Made by a program: the position numbers and the translations under genes. From contig NC_087438.1 in the NCBI RefSeq assembly GCF_036321535.1, positions 13,208,001 through 13,272,000 of the forward strand: a DNA stretch of 64,000 bases. The letters run 5' to 3'. The notes under the pieces were generated by a model, which searched no databases, was not told the DNA's origin, and saw nothing but the letters and a program-made list of their open reading frames with translations. Of the stretch, positions 13,355 to 27,456 are shown piece by piece (position 1 is the stretch's first letter; each line of letters opens with the position of its first letter). This DNA is from Camelus dromedarius (Eukaryota).

Positions 13355-13495
13355 AAAGTTAGTTTTGAACTTTGGATTCACCATTTACCATCTATTAATG
13401 TACATATTACACTTACCCTCTTCAAAAATGTAGCTACTTCAGCTGTAAAACAGGGATAGTGAGAATGTACCATCCCTAGGTGACTTAAGAGAGGG
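13355..13495 (+). mobile_element. MIR SINE
   Basis: cttcagctgtaaaacagggatagtgagaatgtacc core. Confidence 0.5.
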
Positions 13496-14639
13496 CAGAA
13501 GGTAATGAGAAAATGAGAAAAAACAGGTGAGTCATTTACACTATAGTTTATATACTTACGTGTTTATATTGCATTTTAATTTTATTTACACATTCAAGTG
13601 ATAATAACATACTTTGAACTTTAAATATACTGATTACGTATGGATTTTTTTTATTCTTAATTTAAATTCTCAGGTAGTAAATATATTAACATTTAAGAAA
13701 GGGAAACCAATGATTAGACAGGTTGCAAAAGGGAAAAAATTTACAGACAAATTCATATGTAATCAGTATACAGTTTCAGTAAGTATAAGTACATACTTTT
13801 GAAATTTGAAAGACTTGATAAGAATTCATTATTTTGGTGAAAAAAATCTGTATTCCTTTAACATCACAATTTTCAGATAAGATATATTTGGTTTTGATCA
13901 TATATTGATCATCTTGAAAGACAAAAAATTGTCTAAAGCACTTAGAAAAGAATCTTTTCTTAAGGTAATAAACAATGCCAAGTTGAGTATTAGTTAATAA
14001 TATATATTAATGAAGATTTTGAATGACATTGCCTCATTCTGCAAATCCAGGTTGCAAAAGAATTGCAAATTCAGTTCAATATAATTTGTATTTTTTTTTG
14101 TATATTTTTCTTAATATGACTTTGTATTTGCTATGCTAGGAAAGCCCAAGTTATTGTTTTAGGTTATAAATTGGAAAATCCTCAGTCATCTTTATTTTAT
14201 TTAGATATCAAGGAGCACACATTGAATTGCCCTGGTATAGGTCAGGAAGTACACAATCTAAAAACAATAGGTATGAATGTGTTTGAACTAAATGAAACCA
14301 AAATAAAGCTTCAACATTTTATATCTGATCTGAGAACCCTTGTAAAATGTTTACCTTCAAAAATAAACTTTAGCTGTAACAACAGGTAGTCTCCTAGAAA
14401 AGATGTAGTAGTCCCACTGTACCTTTTAATAATCTGAATATACCTGGAGCATAGAGTTTAGCTGGGAGCAATAGTCTTCAATGTGATCTTAAAATACACA
14501 GCATTGTTTCACAAAATTGATTGGCGTTTGAATCATCACTATAAGTAAATGGGTAAACAAACTGAAAGTTAAGGCTAGAAAAGGAAAGGTTAGTAGGCTC
14601 GACATGATTATACTATTTTCTAACACAAGAGACTTTGTA

Positions 14640-14941
14640 CTCCAGGAGAGATTACATGGCACCCTTCTGACGATCAGTCTTTATTCTGGGTCCCTGCAGA
14701 GGGCCAGCCAAGACTTTTCTCAAGGCTGTGTTGCAGTGCATGGTTCCTTCCACTGAAACCTCCTTTCATCTCTCCAAGCACAGGTTTCAGATCTGTGCTC
14801 TAGTCTGAAAATCAAGTCTGAATTCTGTGCCAATCCACCTCCCTCCTTCTATTAATGTCTACCAGTATTTCCCCCGGCAAAAACAGTGGCATGTCTAATT
14901 AGATTTTAGACCCTGCTTATCAGAGGAATGAAACTGATTCA
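14640..14941 (+). mobile_element. LTR16-like ERV-L LTR, 3' part
   Basis: aagacttttctcaaggctgtgttgcagt...cacaggtttcagatctg...tgcttatcagaggaatgaaactgattca. Confidence 0.6.
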
Positions 14942-16334
14942 AAAAAATCACTCAGTAGAAAATTATTGAGTGGAAGAATGAAGGGATAAAATACTTTGGA
15001 CTTTAACTTCACATTATTTAGTTTATCTAAAATAGTCTTTACTGCCATGTTATAATGTTACTATTTTGGGGGACTACCGCCATCATATTTTAGTTTATTT
15101 ACTCAAGCGGTTAGACTGTCTCTTTTGAGTCAAAGGAAAGCACCAAATTCCATTACGTTTGAATAGATATTCCAGTACACATAATTATTTGGAGGCTAGT
15201 TAAATTGGGTGCAAAACAATTCAGGACCAAATTACAGTACTAAAAGGATTCTTCCCATTACTATAAATATATAATCATTATTCCACTTTTCTTTCAAGTT
15301 GATTGGCTCTCCTGGGGTTAGTGAGAGAAATTTACATTTTTGTCTTTTATGTTAATCTCTGAAGGTAAACTCTACAAAGGCTATTAGAAAATGAAAAAAA
15401 TCTCCTGATTAATCGTTTCTGGTGTTGAACAATTAGCAGAAACCAATCATTTGCATTTTAATAACATTGTAACCATCTGTTAAATGAATGCATTAATCTT
15501 GATTAGCTTGGTTCCAGACACTTGCAGTTGGGGTTTACTGATGTGTTCACTGATAAAGAGATTTTTTTAAGTCTTGTATAGCTTTAATTTCCACAGTGAA
15601 AAGTAACTGAAGAGAATAATATAAACCTAACTAATGTGCTGATGGAGCGTAGAAAAGAAAAATAGAAAATACTGTTGAAGAGACAAGAAATTTGGATATA
15701 AATAAATAAGCTAATTCAAACTAGAGAAGGCAAAGATTTCTTTTTTTATGTTTTATGTTACATAAACCTTAATATAAATCATCATATACTGCTTGGCCAA
15801 CTGCTAATGACATGATAACATTTTCTTTTTTTTTCAACAAAAAGTATGAAATGTACATTTGTAGCCAATGTATTGCCCAAAAGATCTGTGAGAAGAAAAG
15901 TAAAATTATTCAATTAATAGAGAATTACTCTACTAGATCATTAAAATGGAGATTAAAGAAGATGTTTAATTAGGTCACATCGTACAAATTTCATTCTTTT
16001 CAAATGGTCTCTTTGTGGTTTTAACAGTCCTCATTTTCTTTCTGCAGCTCTACTCAGATGAGCTATTTGTGACCTCTGAATCATACTCAGTCATTAGAGA
16101 TATGCACGCTTATAATTGCATGTAAATTCGCTTTTTAAAAAATTGAAAACTCTTCTCTATTTCCAAACAATAACAACAAAATCACCCCATGGGTAACATC
16201 ATGTGTAATAGGGAACATATTGAATAATCTCAGTAGATGGATAAAAGTAAGGATTCCTAGTCTTACTTGTAGTGAAAATGTTACTCAAGATCTTGGCTCT
16301 TATATTAAGGAAAGAAAAAATATAATGTGTTTTA

Positions 16335-17995
16335 AAAGTCAGAATCAAAGAATTACATCACTCTGTTTGCAGATGACATTGTTTATGTAGAAAATTTAAG
16401 AACTCTGGTGCTTAAGAGTTCTAAGCACTAGAACTAACAATGGATATGATTGATGTTATTGGCTATGAGGTTAACATATGACCAGAAATAGGTGGTCATT
16501 GACTTTGGACCTTTTCCTCACACTATACACACAAAAAATCTCCAAAAATGTATAGATATGAATATTAAAGCTAAAATCATAAAGACATCAGAAGCAATCA
16601 AGGGAGAATATCTTTGGGATTGGGGAGTGAGGAAATAATTTTTAGAGAAAAAACAGAATCAATAACCTTAAATTAAAATTTAATAATTTAACTTAATCAG
16701 CATTAATAAAATATTCATCAAGCCACATTGTTAAAAAATGAATTAGCAAGTCACAGACTAGGAGAAAATTTTAAACAAAGAATGTGACAAAGACTGATAT
16801 TGTGGTATACAAAGAACTTTACAATTCAATAACAGAAAACAACAAACTCAATAAAACTGCTTAAGTATCTAAACAGACACTACATAAAAATTAACACATT
16901 AATAGCCAAAGCACAAGAAAATAGCTCAATATCACCAGTTATCAAGGGTGTGCAATTTAAATCCACAATTTGATACAACTACACGCCCACTAAGACATCT
17001 AAAATGAAAGCACAGACAACATCAAATGTTGGTGAAGATGCAGAACAGTTGAAACACTTATACATTATTGCTAGGGGTGTAAAATCATTCACACAGTGAA
17101 GAAATGTCTGGAAGCTTTTCATAAGATTAAATCTACACCTTCTGAGCAACTTTATTCCTCAAAATTATCAAAGATAAATGAAAATGTGCTCACTAAATGG
17201 CTTGCGTAGAATGACCATTGCACGTTTTGTTCCTAAGAGCGAAAAGCTGGAAACACCTTAAAGTTCCATCAGTAGGAATAAATATTCCTACTGCAAAATA
17301 TTCAGTATAGTCGTAACATGTAATGCTACTCAGCAGGAATAAACAGAATGAACTACTGATATTTGCAGCAACCTGAATGACTCAAAAGTATTTTACTGAG
17401 TAAAGAGACTGACACAAAAATTATAAACTCTTTGGTTCCATTTATATTACACTATGTGTAATACAACTATATTACATTACATTTATATGAATTCTAGGAT
17501 AGACATAACAAATCTGTAATGCAAAAATAATCAGAATAGTAGCTCTTTCTTGGGAATGCATACGGGAATTGACTAGAAACAACATGACAGAGAATTCTGA
17601 GGGACTAGGAATGTTCTATACATCGCTAAAAGTTTGAATTCCACAGGTGTATGAATTTATCACATCCCAGAGAATGTACACTTTTGATATGAACATTTCA
17701 TTTTTGTAAAGTTTACATAAAATGTCAAAATTCCTGAAGCAAATATCGAGTTATTTTTAATGATCAACATGTTGAGATATTTACAGAGGAATTTAGTGAT
17801 ATCTTCAATTTACTTTGAAATACATTTGCATAAAACCAGTGGATGTTTAAATAGGTAGATGGAGAAATAAATGGGCAGATATGAGTAAAACATGTAAAGT
17901 ATAATATTTCTTTATGAAACTAAGAGGTGGTAATACAGAAGTTTGTATAAACCTCTTTCAACTTTGATTGGAAAATGTTTATAATATTGGAGAAG
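16335..17995 (+). mobile_element. Old L1 (L1MC/MD-like), RT to 3' end, internally deleted
   Basis: ctgtttgcagatgac (LFADD), caaatgttggtgaagatgcagaac, long L1M 3' UTR. Confidence 0.8.
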
Positions 17996-18018
17996 AGTGT
18001 TGTAAGCTGTTTGTATAG

Positions 18019-19100
18019 GCAGTCCTCACTTTGTACAGCTCTGAAATACGTAGATTTCAGCTACTGTGATTTACCTAACAGCAATTCCTCAACAATATAA
18101 TTTGAATTTCAGTTGCCACAGTATATACGCTGAGTAGTTGCATAAAGTACAGGCATCACTGCTAGCTCTTTAGTCCACACATCCCTATGTAAATAACAGA
18201 TGTCCATAATGATCAATGAGCCATCGCTTCACTTCTTAGTGATTGGTCACCTTATAAGATGCATCTTAGTGCATCTTATTTAGTTTACGCACAGACAGCA
18301 AAGTGTGCGGTTGTGTTGCTAATTTGTCTCTCAGTGATAAACCCATGCGACCATTGTAAAAAGTACATAATTGAAAGAGGAAATTGTCCAACAAAGATGA
18401 AAGTACTGCAAAGAAATACTAAGTGATAAATCTGGAAATAAAATTCTAATAGAATGTCAATAGAGTTATAGAAGATATAGCTGGCCATGGGGATGTTGGC
18501 ACTGACATGTTTGAGGAACTCTAGATATGCAGCCAGAGAAACGGCAAAGACAAAATTATTGATATATATACACATATACATACACACATACACATACACA
18601 CACACACGCACACACACACACACAGACAGACACACACAGGAGGAAAGTGATTATAAGGAAAAGAAAGATGAAGATGTCCCAGCAGGAGGGAGTCAGAAAA
18701 CAAGCTTACGTTACAGGAATGCTCAGAGGTATTTCACAACGTTTGAAGCACAAAGGAGGAAATGTTCGAAGCTAATTCAAACACTGCAAGTATCATAACA
18801 TCATTCATATGGTGAGAAGGCTGGAACTCTTCAAACTAGTCAATACATTTTTCACAAAGAATTGAAACACACTAATAGTGTTTCTAATGTTTTCAATTAC
18901 AGGGTACTAACTACACCTTTTATGATTCTTTCATGTCTCGATATGTTTATAAGCAACACTAAAATATATTTTAATGTTTAGACAAACATGTTTAAAAATC
19001 ACAGAACAATTGGATTTTTCCTTGGTTACCAAGATTGCATTGCACAGCTTCTACAGATCAGTAGTAATCCTTATAGTGTGAACAAAAAATACTGCAAACA
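18019..19100. mobile_element. TcMar-Tigger DNA transposon derivative
   Basis: TIR-like ggcagtcctcactttg; transposase C-terminal remnant gaggaaagtg...gatgaagatgtccc. Confidence 0.7.
18563..18638. repeat. (TA)/(CA)n compound microsatellite
   Basis: Read directly. Confidence 0.95.
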
Positions 19101-21409
19101 TACCAGTAAAGAAAGAATGCTGAAACCATCAAGTCATCTGCGGCTGCCACCACCCCCCAGTGGTGAAGACATCATCAATTCCTCTCCTCCACTTCCTGGC
19201 AAGGTTATTACAAGATATTGAACATAGTTCCCTGTGCTAACATTTGTAAACCTCACACTCCCAAATTTATCCCCTCCCACACCCTTTCCCCCATAGAATG
19301 GATCAATGAAGATTCTCAGAGAAAAACCCAGGAAAATCCTCATGCTGGACAGTGGGTTGTGTACTTCTCTTACATTCTTTGTGCGATGACTTTATTAAAG
19401 TCCTTTCAAAAAAACAGAAATAAACCTCATTGTAGCAAGTTTTAAGTGACAAATGAAACCATCCTAAGTTATGCAAAAGGTTCACTGTACTTGGGTCCCA
19501 AAAGTGGTAGGGGTACTTCTCCATTCTTGTGGAAAATATTAATTCTGATGTCTAGTGACCTGGGATTTCTCCTAACCAAATCAACTGTGGAAGAGTGACC
19601 TTGTGAAAATCATGTAATTCCTCTCATTCCTGTTTCTTCGTAGTGAAATATTGAGAATAGATTTTTGGTCTTATTCTGAGATTTAGTTGTAATACCAGTA
19701 TTTTATTTATTTCCTTTTTTTTTAAATGTGGGGATTCCTTTTATATTTTAATAGATAATAGATATTTAGTGGTTTGAGGCATTGCATATGTCTTCTTGGT
19801 TCCTTTTCACGATGCTTTATATTTTCTTGCTACTCTTTATTCCTCCTATGGAAACTCCAAATTAAGACATAAGCAACCATTAATCGTTTGAGACCAATTT
19901 TACTCCAAATGCTCTTTGGTTTAACCAGCACAGAAGAAAGGGACCCTGACCTAAACAAGATTTTTAATTATATTTATTTATTTATGTATTCCATTGTTTG
20001 TCCATTTACTGTTTTTAACTAATTGACTTCTTTCAGTTGATGAATGACCCCAAATAGGCAAACAAACCACAAAGGCTGGATGTTTTGGAGGCAAGATCTA
20101 ATTCTTTTTCTTTTCCATAGATACCAGGTAACAATGTTTTCTTTCAAAAATTTCACAATAATACTATGAGTTAGTCACTGTAATCCCTACAAAAGAGAAA
20201 ATTCAAATTTAATGATATTAATGTATTACCTTTCAGGTTCACACAGCTAATAGGTTGTCAAGAGACTCTATAGATCATATATATAATTCTATTATATATA
20301 GAATAATATGTTACTCTTCTAAGGATTCATATGTTGCTGTAAATAGTCTTGCTTTAGAACTGAAAGACACAGTGCCATTAAATCTATCAAGATAAAGACA
20401 TTTTAGTGAGAGAGAGTTTAACGTCTCCTGGAGAAGGTGTTCCACTGCATCAATCTATGTGAATGTACCACCAGAATGAATATAAATGTACACACACTTT
20501 GTAATATGTCATCTAGAACTGTACTGCATTCTGTTTGTTCCCTGAGCCTTTTGAAGAGACATCACCACCACAAGTGATGGTGCAGGAATCTTTGTCCATC
20601 GTGGAATGTTGAAGTGGGATCATCTGGCACTTGTATAATATTAACATAATACATAGGGCTAAAATTCTGTTTGACATTATAATAGAAATGAAAATATAAA
20701 ACAGGTGACAGACTCTATATGCAAATTATTCTCTGAGAATTTTTTTTTCTTTTAAGAAAAAGAAAATCCATTTAACCTAGGTTACTGTCAGACAGTGTGT
20801 GGGTATCAGAGGTAACTCTGAGCCAATCAAGGAAGCCAGAGTGGAAGAGATTTTCATTTAATGAAATAATCATCTCAAGTATGACGGAGTAGATTGGTCA
20901 GTAAGTCATTCAGCCATCAAGAGAAAAGGGTACTTAGAAGACAGGTGAAAAAGAGATAGGTCCTACTCAAAGGCTCTTTTCTCTCCACAAATCAACACCC
21001 TCTCCTCCCATTTACTTATAATAGTTCAGAGAAGAGGGGTTAGTTTGCTAAGCTAGTTTCTGATCTGATGAAGGGGATTTGAGAGGGCATAATAAAAGCT
21101 CTACATCACATTCGTAAATTGATGCTGGCATACTAGAGGTGCAACAAGCTGTTAGGAAGGCCCTCTGAGAATTAAACCTGCTAAAGCTATGACAGAAGTC
21201 CAGAGCAGCCCTTGGAAAAGACTTACTGTCTAAAAGAATTCATTGCCTGCCTGTGTGCGATCATTCAGATCCTCAGAGAGAATCCATGTCCATTCTGCTA
21301 ACATTGGCACTCTGGAAATAGGAGTCCTCAAATGAGAAATCTGGGTAATTAGTGGCACTCATTTTGTTTTATAATGATGAATAAATAGTTGCCTTTTAAA
21401 TTTTTGAAA

Positions 21410-21907
21410 CTACTTATAAGTGTTTAATTTGGTAAATGTAATTATTATGTATAGTTTTTCTAGAAAATAGTTAAAATATATACCAATAAACCATTGCCAC
21501 AAACAAGATAGTGAACATTTCTTCCCCACCCCCGATTTTCCTCATGCCCACGTATGATCCCTGCTTCCTGTCTCCCTCTGCCTCGCTCATCCTTAAGCAA
21601 CCGTCAGTCTGATGTCTGTCACCAAAGTTTAGTTTGCATATCTGAAATGTTATGTAAGTGGAGTCATAAGAGTATACTCTCTCTTTTGTCTGATTTCTTT
21701 CACTCAGCATAATTGTAAGGAAATTCATCCATGTTGCAATGTGTATCAATAGATCATTGATTTTTATTGCTAATAAAAGAGATTCCATTGTCTGGATATT
21801 ACACATTTTGTTTATTAACTCTTCTGTTGATCAACATTTGGATCGTTTCCACTCTTTGGCTATTACAGATGAAGCTACTATGAATATTCACATGAAAGTC
21901 TTTGTAA
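21410..21907 (-). mobile_element. L1MC-like 3' end
   Basis: ttcactcagcataat...attcatccatgttgc...ttggctattacagatgaagctactatgaatattc. Confidence 0.85.
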
Positions 21908-21924
21908 CAATAGATACAAAAGGT

Positions 21925-22100
21925 CTCCCAAGGCAATAAACTTAGGCAATTGTAGGGCCCCCCTTGTTTACTCCCCTCCTCTCAGGGATCATTATTCTTC
22001 ATTTCTTGATGGCTAGATTTTGAAAACCACTTTTAAAATACATTTTATTGTTGTTTCATCAAATAGAAGGGTAAATCTGGTCCCTTTTCCTCCTTTTTTT
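21925..22100 (-). mobile_element. Old L1 5' region fragment
   Basis: ggcaattgtagggcc...ctctcagggatca...agggtaaatctggtccc. Confidence 0.5.
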
Positions 22101-22739
22101 TTTCTGAAATAAAGATCCCCAAAGTTTTCCTGTTTTTCAAGTGATATATGTTTCAATGACACAGATAACAAGACATTGTTTTTGCCACGAAGATCACACA
22201 AGTGGTCTTCGTGGAGATTCTTCTATTGGCTTTTGTCATAAACTCTAACAGTGTCATATCCTGCCACAGACACCACAGTTGCAGTAGCATCTCCCTGTTG
22301 TACACAACAAAAAGCAGTGTGCTTGCCCTTCAGCCTGGCCCTGCTGCACAGTGCTTTCCTCTGTGTCTCATTCAAAGCGACAGCCTTCTTTGTCACGCGG
22401 TAATTGATTTGGAACTACATTCCCAGATCTGTGGTAAGGTGCTGCCACTACCTGAAGAAACCTAACAAGAAATCTCTTCTTTCTTAGTGGAGGAAAATTT
22501 AATATGCAGTAAATGATTTGGATTTTATTTGGAGGGAAGTTTTCAGCATTCCCAAATAATTCATTCCCCAAAACCTTGTCGATCTCCTTCTAAATCTTCT
22601 TAGTTTTTAATCTTTCAATCTCTGAAGCACGTATAGCTCTTTAAGACCCTTAATATATGTACTTCTTGATCATTTGGTCCAAACAACACAATATAATAAA
22701 AATAGTGGACACTATGTTATTCTGTGGGCTGAACATATG

Positions 22740-25700
22740 GTCCAGTTCCTTTTGAACTAAATTTCTACAAAGGTGAAGGAGTTAATGTAGTTCTGAGGCA
22801 AGAATGTAGCTGTATAGTGCTGTCTATCTCATATGACTTTGAACTGCTTCTAATCATTCTTTCTCTTTGGGAAGGAAAAGGTGATGATTGTACACCACAT
22901 ATCTCAGTCCATGTTGACTGGCAGAAGAGCTTCAAGTGGGACTTCCTCTTGGTTGAGTTTATATGATGCCCAGTCATCTTCCAGGTCCATTTGGTTTGTA
23001 GGCGCCTAAAGAGTGAATTAAATGGGGATGCAGTGGAAGACACGATCACTGAATCATGTGGGTCTTTAAGGTAAGTTACGTAGAGAGTCATTTCCATTAG
23101 ATGTGATATTGTTTTGAGTCTCTTCTCTTGAACAATAACCTGGGTGATTTCAGAGACTTCTACTTGGCCTTCCCCATTATATTAGCTCCTTGTTCATAGG
23201 CCAAGAAAAATCACAGGGTGGTTCTGCCAAGGATAAAATAAAATGTGTCTGTCTCAATTATGAGCTCGGAGACTAGGGAAATGACTACTGAGTTGTTCCA
23301 TAGACCTATTGACTCACCATAAACCAGACCAGACATGGTTCTGTATTTGTTACTAGATCAATATGTTATCTCTCTGTGGTAGGCAGGAAAAAAACACCCT
23401 AAAAATGTTTGTGTCCTAAGAACTAGACTCTGGACATATGTTGTTATATAGTAATAGGGAATTAAGGGGAAGATGAAATTAAGGTCGCTAATCAGCTGGA
23501 GATGGGACAATTATTTTGAATTATCTGGGGTGACCCAGTGCAATTATAGAAATCCTTAAAAATGGAAAAAAGAGACAGAGGAAATATGTTGACATTTTGG
23601 AATCAAAGCCAAAGAAGTATGTGTGTGAATTCAGTCATGTGTTGCTGGCTTGAAGTTGGAAGAAAAGGGTTATGAGCCACAGAATGTGGGTAGGTGGGTG
23701 GCTTCTAGAGGATGGAAAGGCAAAAAAAAAAAAAAAAAAAAAAAAAAAATTCTCCCCTAAAGCCTTCGGAAAGGAGCACAAACTTGGCAATAACCTGGGT
23801 GAGAACAGTGAGGCCTATTTCAAATATCTAACTTCTAGAACTATAAGATAATAAGTGTGTTCTACTGTAAGCCCCCAAGATTGCAATAATGTGTTACAGC
23901 AGCCGTAGAAAACTAACATCCCCCTTTAATAGGAGACCATGGTGATATTTCATTTCTTGTGTAGTAATGTCAGCTTTAACCCTCTATCCACATTTCTCAG
24001 AATAGCTGAGTTTTTACATTTCCCCAGTTGGCAGATACTCTTGTAAAGGCTGTATTTCACTTTAGGAAAGAATAAGTTGGACCATTACCATATTCATTGG
24101 TATGGCATTGTAGCATCCTTTCTTCTGGAGAGTTGGACATCCTTTAGTCACAGGGTTCTGAGTCTGGAAACTGCGTTAAATGATAATAATAATAATAAAA
24201 CTAGACAAGTTATTGAGATGGTTTTTAACTGAATAAGCTGCATTCAACCTTCTGAACCATACACCCTTGCTTTCTTCCTATATGTGAAACACTTCTTTTG
24301 TTGAATATGCATCACCCTTGCCCTAGCCTTGCGGGATTTTTTTTAACCATCCTTAAAACTCATTGCGGGTCAGACACCCCCTTGGTGCCAATCAGATGTT
24401 GCTACTCATTAAAATAATTTTGCTCATCTTACTTCTGATTAAGAGTCACCACCTTCTGACCTCTATGATTTGAGAGATCTATTTCCTCATTGTTACCAGG
24501 GAATCCCAGTCTGCAGCAACATCTCATCCCTTCAGCCATCACTAAATAGAGCCACTAATGAGCTTGTCTGTGATGCTGGGGCCCCTCTCAGCTGCGTTTC
24601 ACTAAACATTGTGGTAAATGTGTTGTCTTCCAGGTCCTGCTACAGAACATAGTTGAGTGATGGAGTTCCTTGTCTTATATGTCATTCCACTTTCTTTGAA
24701 CACGTCTTCCACTCTGTGCCATTTTGACACTTCTATCTCACTTAGTGTGGATCATCACGTCTTTCAAGCTTTTGAAAGTCATCCTGCAGCATATTTGCAC
24801 TGGCTTCTGAGACTCTGTTATAATATTAGCTTCTGGATCACAGAGGAGTGCTTTCATACAGTTAACCTCTCCTTTACCCAGTTTTATATCCTGCCATCTC
24901 CCTTTGTTCTGGCCAGCTTGGAATCCAGCCCTATGCAAACTCCATTAGATACTGTCAGTCAGTGTTAACTAGGTCCTTGGTCCCTTTGTGGCATCGTTCC
25001 TTTGCTCCTGTTGTGATCTAGCATTTCCATGACAGGGTTATGTTATGATTTTACCTTAGTTAATGGCCTGATGGCCAGGAGAAGAGGTGAAGTCAAAGGG
25101 ATGCAAGAGGGAAGCCCTTTACTTTTATAAGAAGGAGTGGACCACATTTGCAGGCCCAGAAGAAGCAAGAAATACTGGGTTTTAATACATTCAAGTGCAG
25201 AGCCGAGATGTTCCCAGCCCAAACTTCAGAATCACATGTCACATTAGGAACTTGACATTTTCATAGTTGACTTGCTTGCTTTGATGACTCAACCTTCTGC
25301 TAAGTTCTGTTAACCCTATATTTTGCCCTGGACTTGATTCTCACATTTTTTTCTGCCCTGAGAGTATAAGAGATGAGAGTTACATTATAAGCTGCCAAGG
25401 AGCCCCCTGGCTTTCACATTCTGCTTCCTGGTTTTGATTAATCGCACTGAGCCTCCCACTGTTTCCCTGCAAGGCTTTCACAGCTCCCAGCTCGTCAAAA
25501 TATGAATCTTCAGTCTTTGCAGTGAGCATCTCTCACACGTGAACAAATGCTTGAGATGTCACACCCATCGGGTGGTCTCTCCGCTTCCCGCCATGCGATG
25601 CACCAGCAGCAGAAGTTTTCACAGTTGCCCTGCAGCAGCTTTGTGGCCACACTGCAGCGTGATTCGGGCTGAGATCCTGTTCTGCCTTCAACTGGCGGTG

Positions 25701-25788
25701 GGGCTCTCACAGTGCATCTGCTGGCAGGGGCTGCAGCTCCAAAGTCACATTTTAGGGTCTCCTTCCTAGGACCGCACCTGACTCCAAA
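22740..25788 (-). mobile_element. Decayed ERV-L internal region (ERV3-16A3-like): gag to RT, interrupted by MLT1D
   Basis: ORF 22765-23097 LKD...SPFNS...WKMT matches the ERV-L RT N-terminus; degenerate PBS-like tggagtcaggtgcggtcc next to the LTR. Confidence 0.75.
23375..23918 (+). mobile_element. MLT1D-like MaLR solo LTR
   Basis: tgtggtaggcag...attaaggtcgctaatcagctg...ttacagcagccgtagaaaactaaca. Confidence 0.88.
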
Positions 25789-26231
25789 TCTCTGAGGTTT
25801 GGTTTCCTGGGAAAAGATTCTGAGGGAAAGATCTGCATGCAGGTCCAGTTAGTTCAATCCTCTCTGAATTAACACATGCAAGGAAGAGAAGCAGGGGGAC
25901 TCAAGATGGGGCAGAGGGAGAATTTTGACTGTGATGCAATGACAGCAGGATCTTCAGCCGGCTGCTAACACGTAGAGCTCTGAGCTACATCTCACGGAGA
26001 CCTCTTAGTTGAGCGCCTGTGGCTGGTCCTCCGTGTTCCCATATCAGTCAGTCATTGGTATGTGCTGTCCTGGGGAAGGTTTTGTAACCTTGGGTGAGGG
26101 AGCTCCCGTGAGTTTGGAAACAGCAGCAACAATTGGGTCTATGGTGTCAGGAGCTGACGACCCTGACAGCCAGGCCACAAGGGTTTCCACCTTGGAAGGG
26201 AGGTCCGAAATGTGCCCACAGTGCCACTGCA
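25789..26231 (-). mobile_element. LTR16-family LTR, the 5' LTR of the adjacent ERV-L
   Basis: gggcagagggagaattttgactgtgatgca...tcagtcattgg; abuts the PBS-like sequence. Confidence 0.75.
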
Positions 26232-26894
26232 GGTGTCAGTGGTGCCCTTCTCTGACTCCTGCAGCAGATACAAACCTTGTTTTTATTGTCAGTACACTGT
26301 AATATTCAGTTTCTAAGAGTGATGATGGATATGCCTGTGCTACTCAACAGTATGACTGTTAAATCAATTTGAGATCCACTGCAGTTTGACCTCATTCTAC
26401 ATTTTTATCACTGTCCTTCAGTATTACTCTTATATAACAAGCATTATCCTCCAGCCACACTGGCTACATCTAATTTTCCCTTCACTGTCCCCCAGCTTCT
26501 GTTTCTACTGCAGTTATCTCTCTGGAGTCACCGTATTCCTTATGTTTAGATATGTTTAAGACACTTAACTATAGTTTACAGCAAAGGCACTGACCTTCTA
26601 TCTTATTTCTGAACAATAAACACTTGAATTATTAAGTCACTGAGGTGATCAGCTACAGAGTGGGGTAAAAAACAACTCAACCAAGTACAATATTTTTGAA
26701 ATAAAAACAATTGATCATAATTCATATTGGGAGATGTTGAATATTCCAGTGGCTCATTCTGTCTAAGAGGCAGGAAGATAATAGATTAAACCAGGCAGGA
26801 AACATTTGTGTGGTCAGTTTGTTTTCCAAGCTGTATAAGTGATAGTGGTAGCCTGGGTTTGGGATGTTGGGGTGTTTAATTACATTTGTAAGAG

Positions 26895-27456
26895 ACAGTT
26901 AGTCATGGCATGTAGGACAGCAAGGATAATATAAACCTCACTACGTATTTTCACAGAGTGAATTGTACATAAGGATTTGTACAGAACTGGAGATGTGGAG
27001 GTACACAGAGAGGTCACTTAGGTAACCCAGAAATGATAACCCAGAGGCTACAGGGCAGCCTCTGTTCCTAGGACTGAGGCCACAAAGGGATGATTTGGTA
27101 TTAATTAGAATTTAGAAGCTCAGCAGAGGTTTCTCATGGAAGTTGGATTCAGATCTCTCAGAAAGCAGAGAAATTCACTGGCTTATCAGACACAGTGAGG
27201 CTGGTTTGGAGAGTGCTGTTGGGGAAGCTGCCCTTGCTGTGGCGCACCTGCCAGGGACTGCAGGAATACACAAAGTCAGGTGCCATTTCGCTCGTCCTGT
27301 CCTCCAGGATTCTTGGATGCCACCTATTAGCCAAGGCTGGCCAGTAGTCATCTGGTAAAGAGAGTTGTAATTCGCAGAGTCGCGGCCCCAGTGTCACAAA
27401 GCAGGGTATAAAGGGACAACTTTGGAGCAGTAGAAGCTAGTTTATAATCGGCCCAG
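26895..27456 (-). mobile_element. Ancient LTR (LTR78-like)
   Basis: gccccagtgtcacaaagcagggtataaaggg...ttggagc...tttataatcggccca. Confidence 0.5.

Noticed and set aside
18285..18798. Overlapping ORFs with HT/VC repeats
   Set aside because: (CA)n microsatellite inside a decayed Tigger element
20100..20135. Microexon-like ttttccatAG-ataccag-GTAAC (and ccAG-aca-GTAAGT near 47795)
   Set aside because: No host gene context; such motifs are expected by chance in AT-rich DNA
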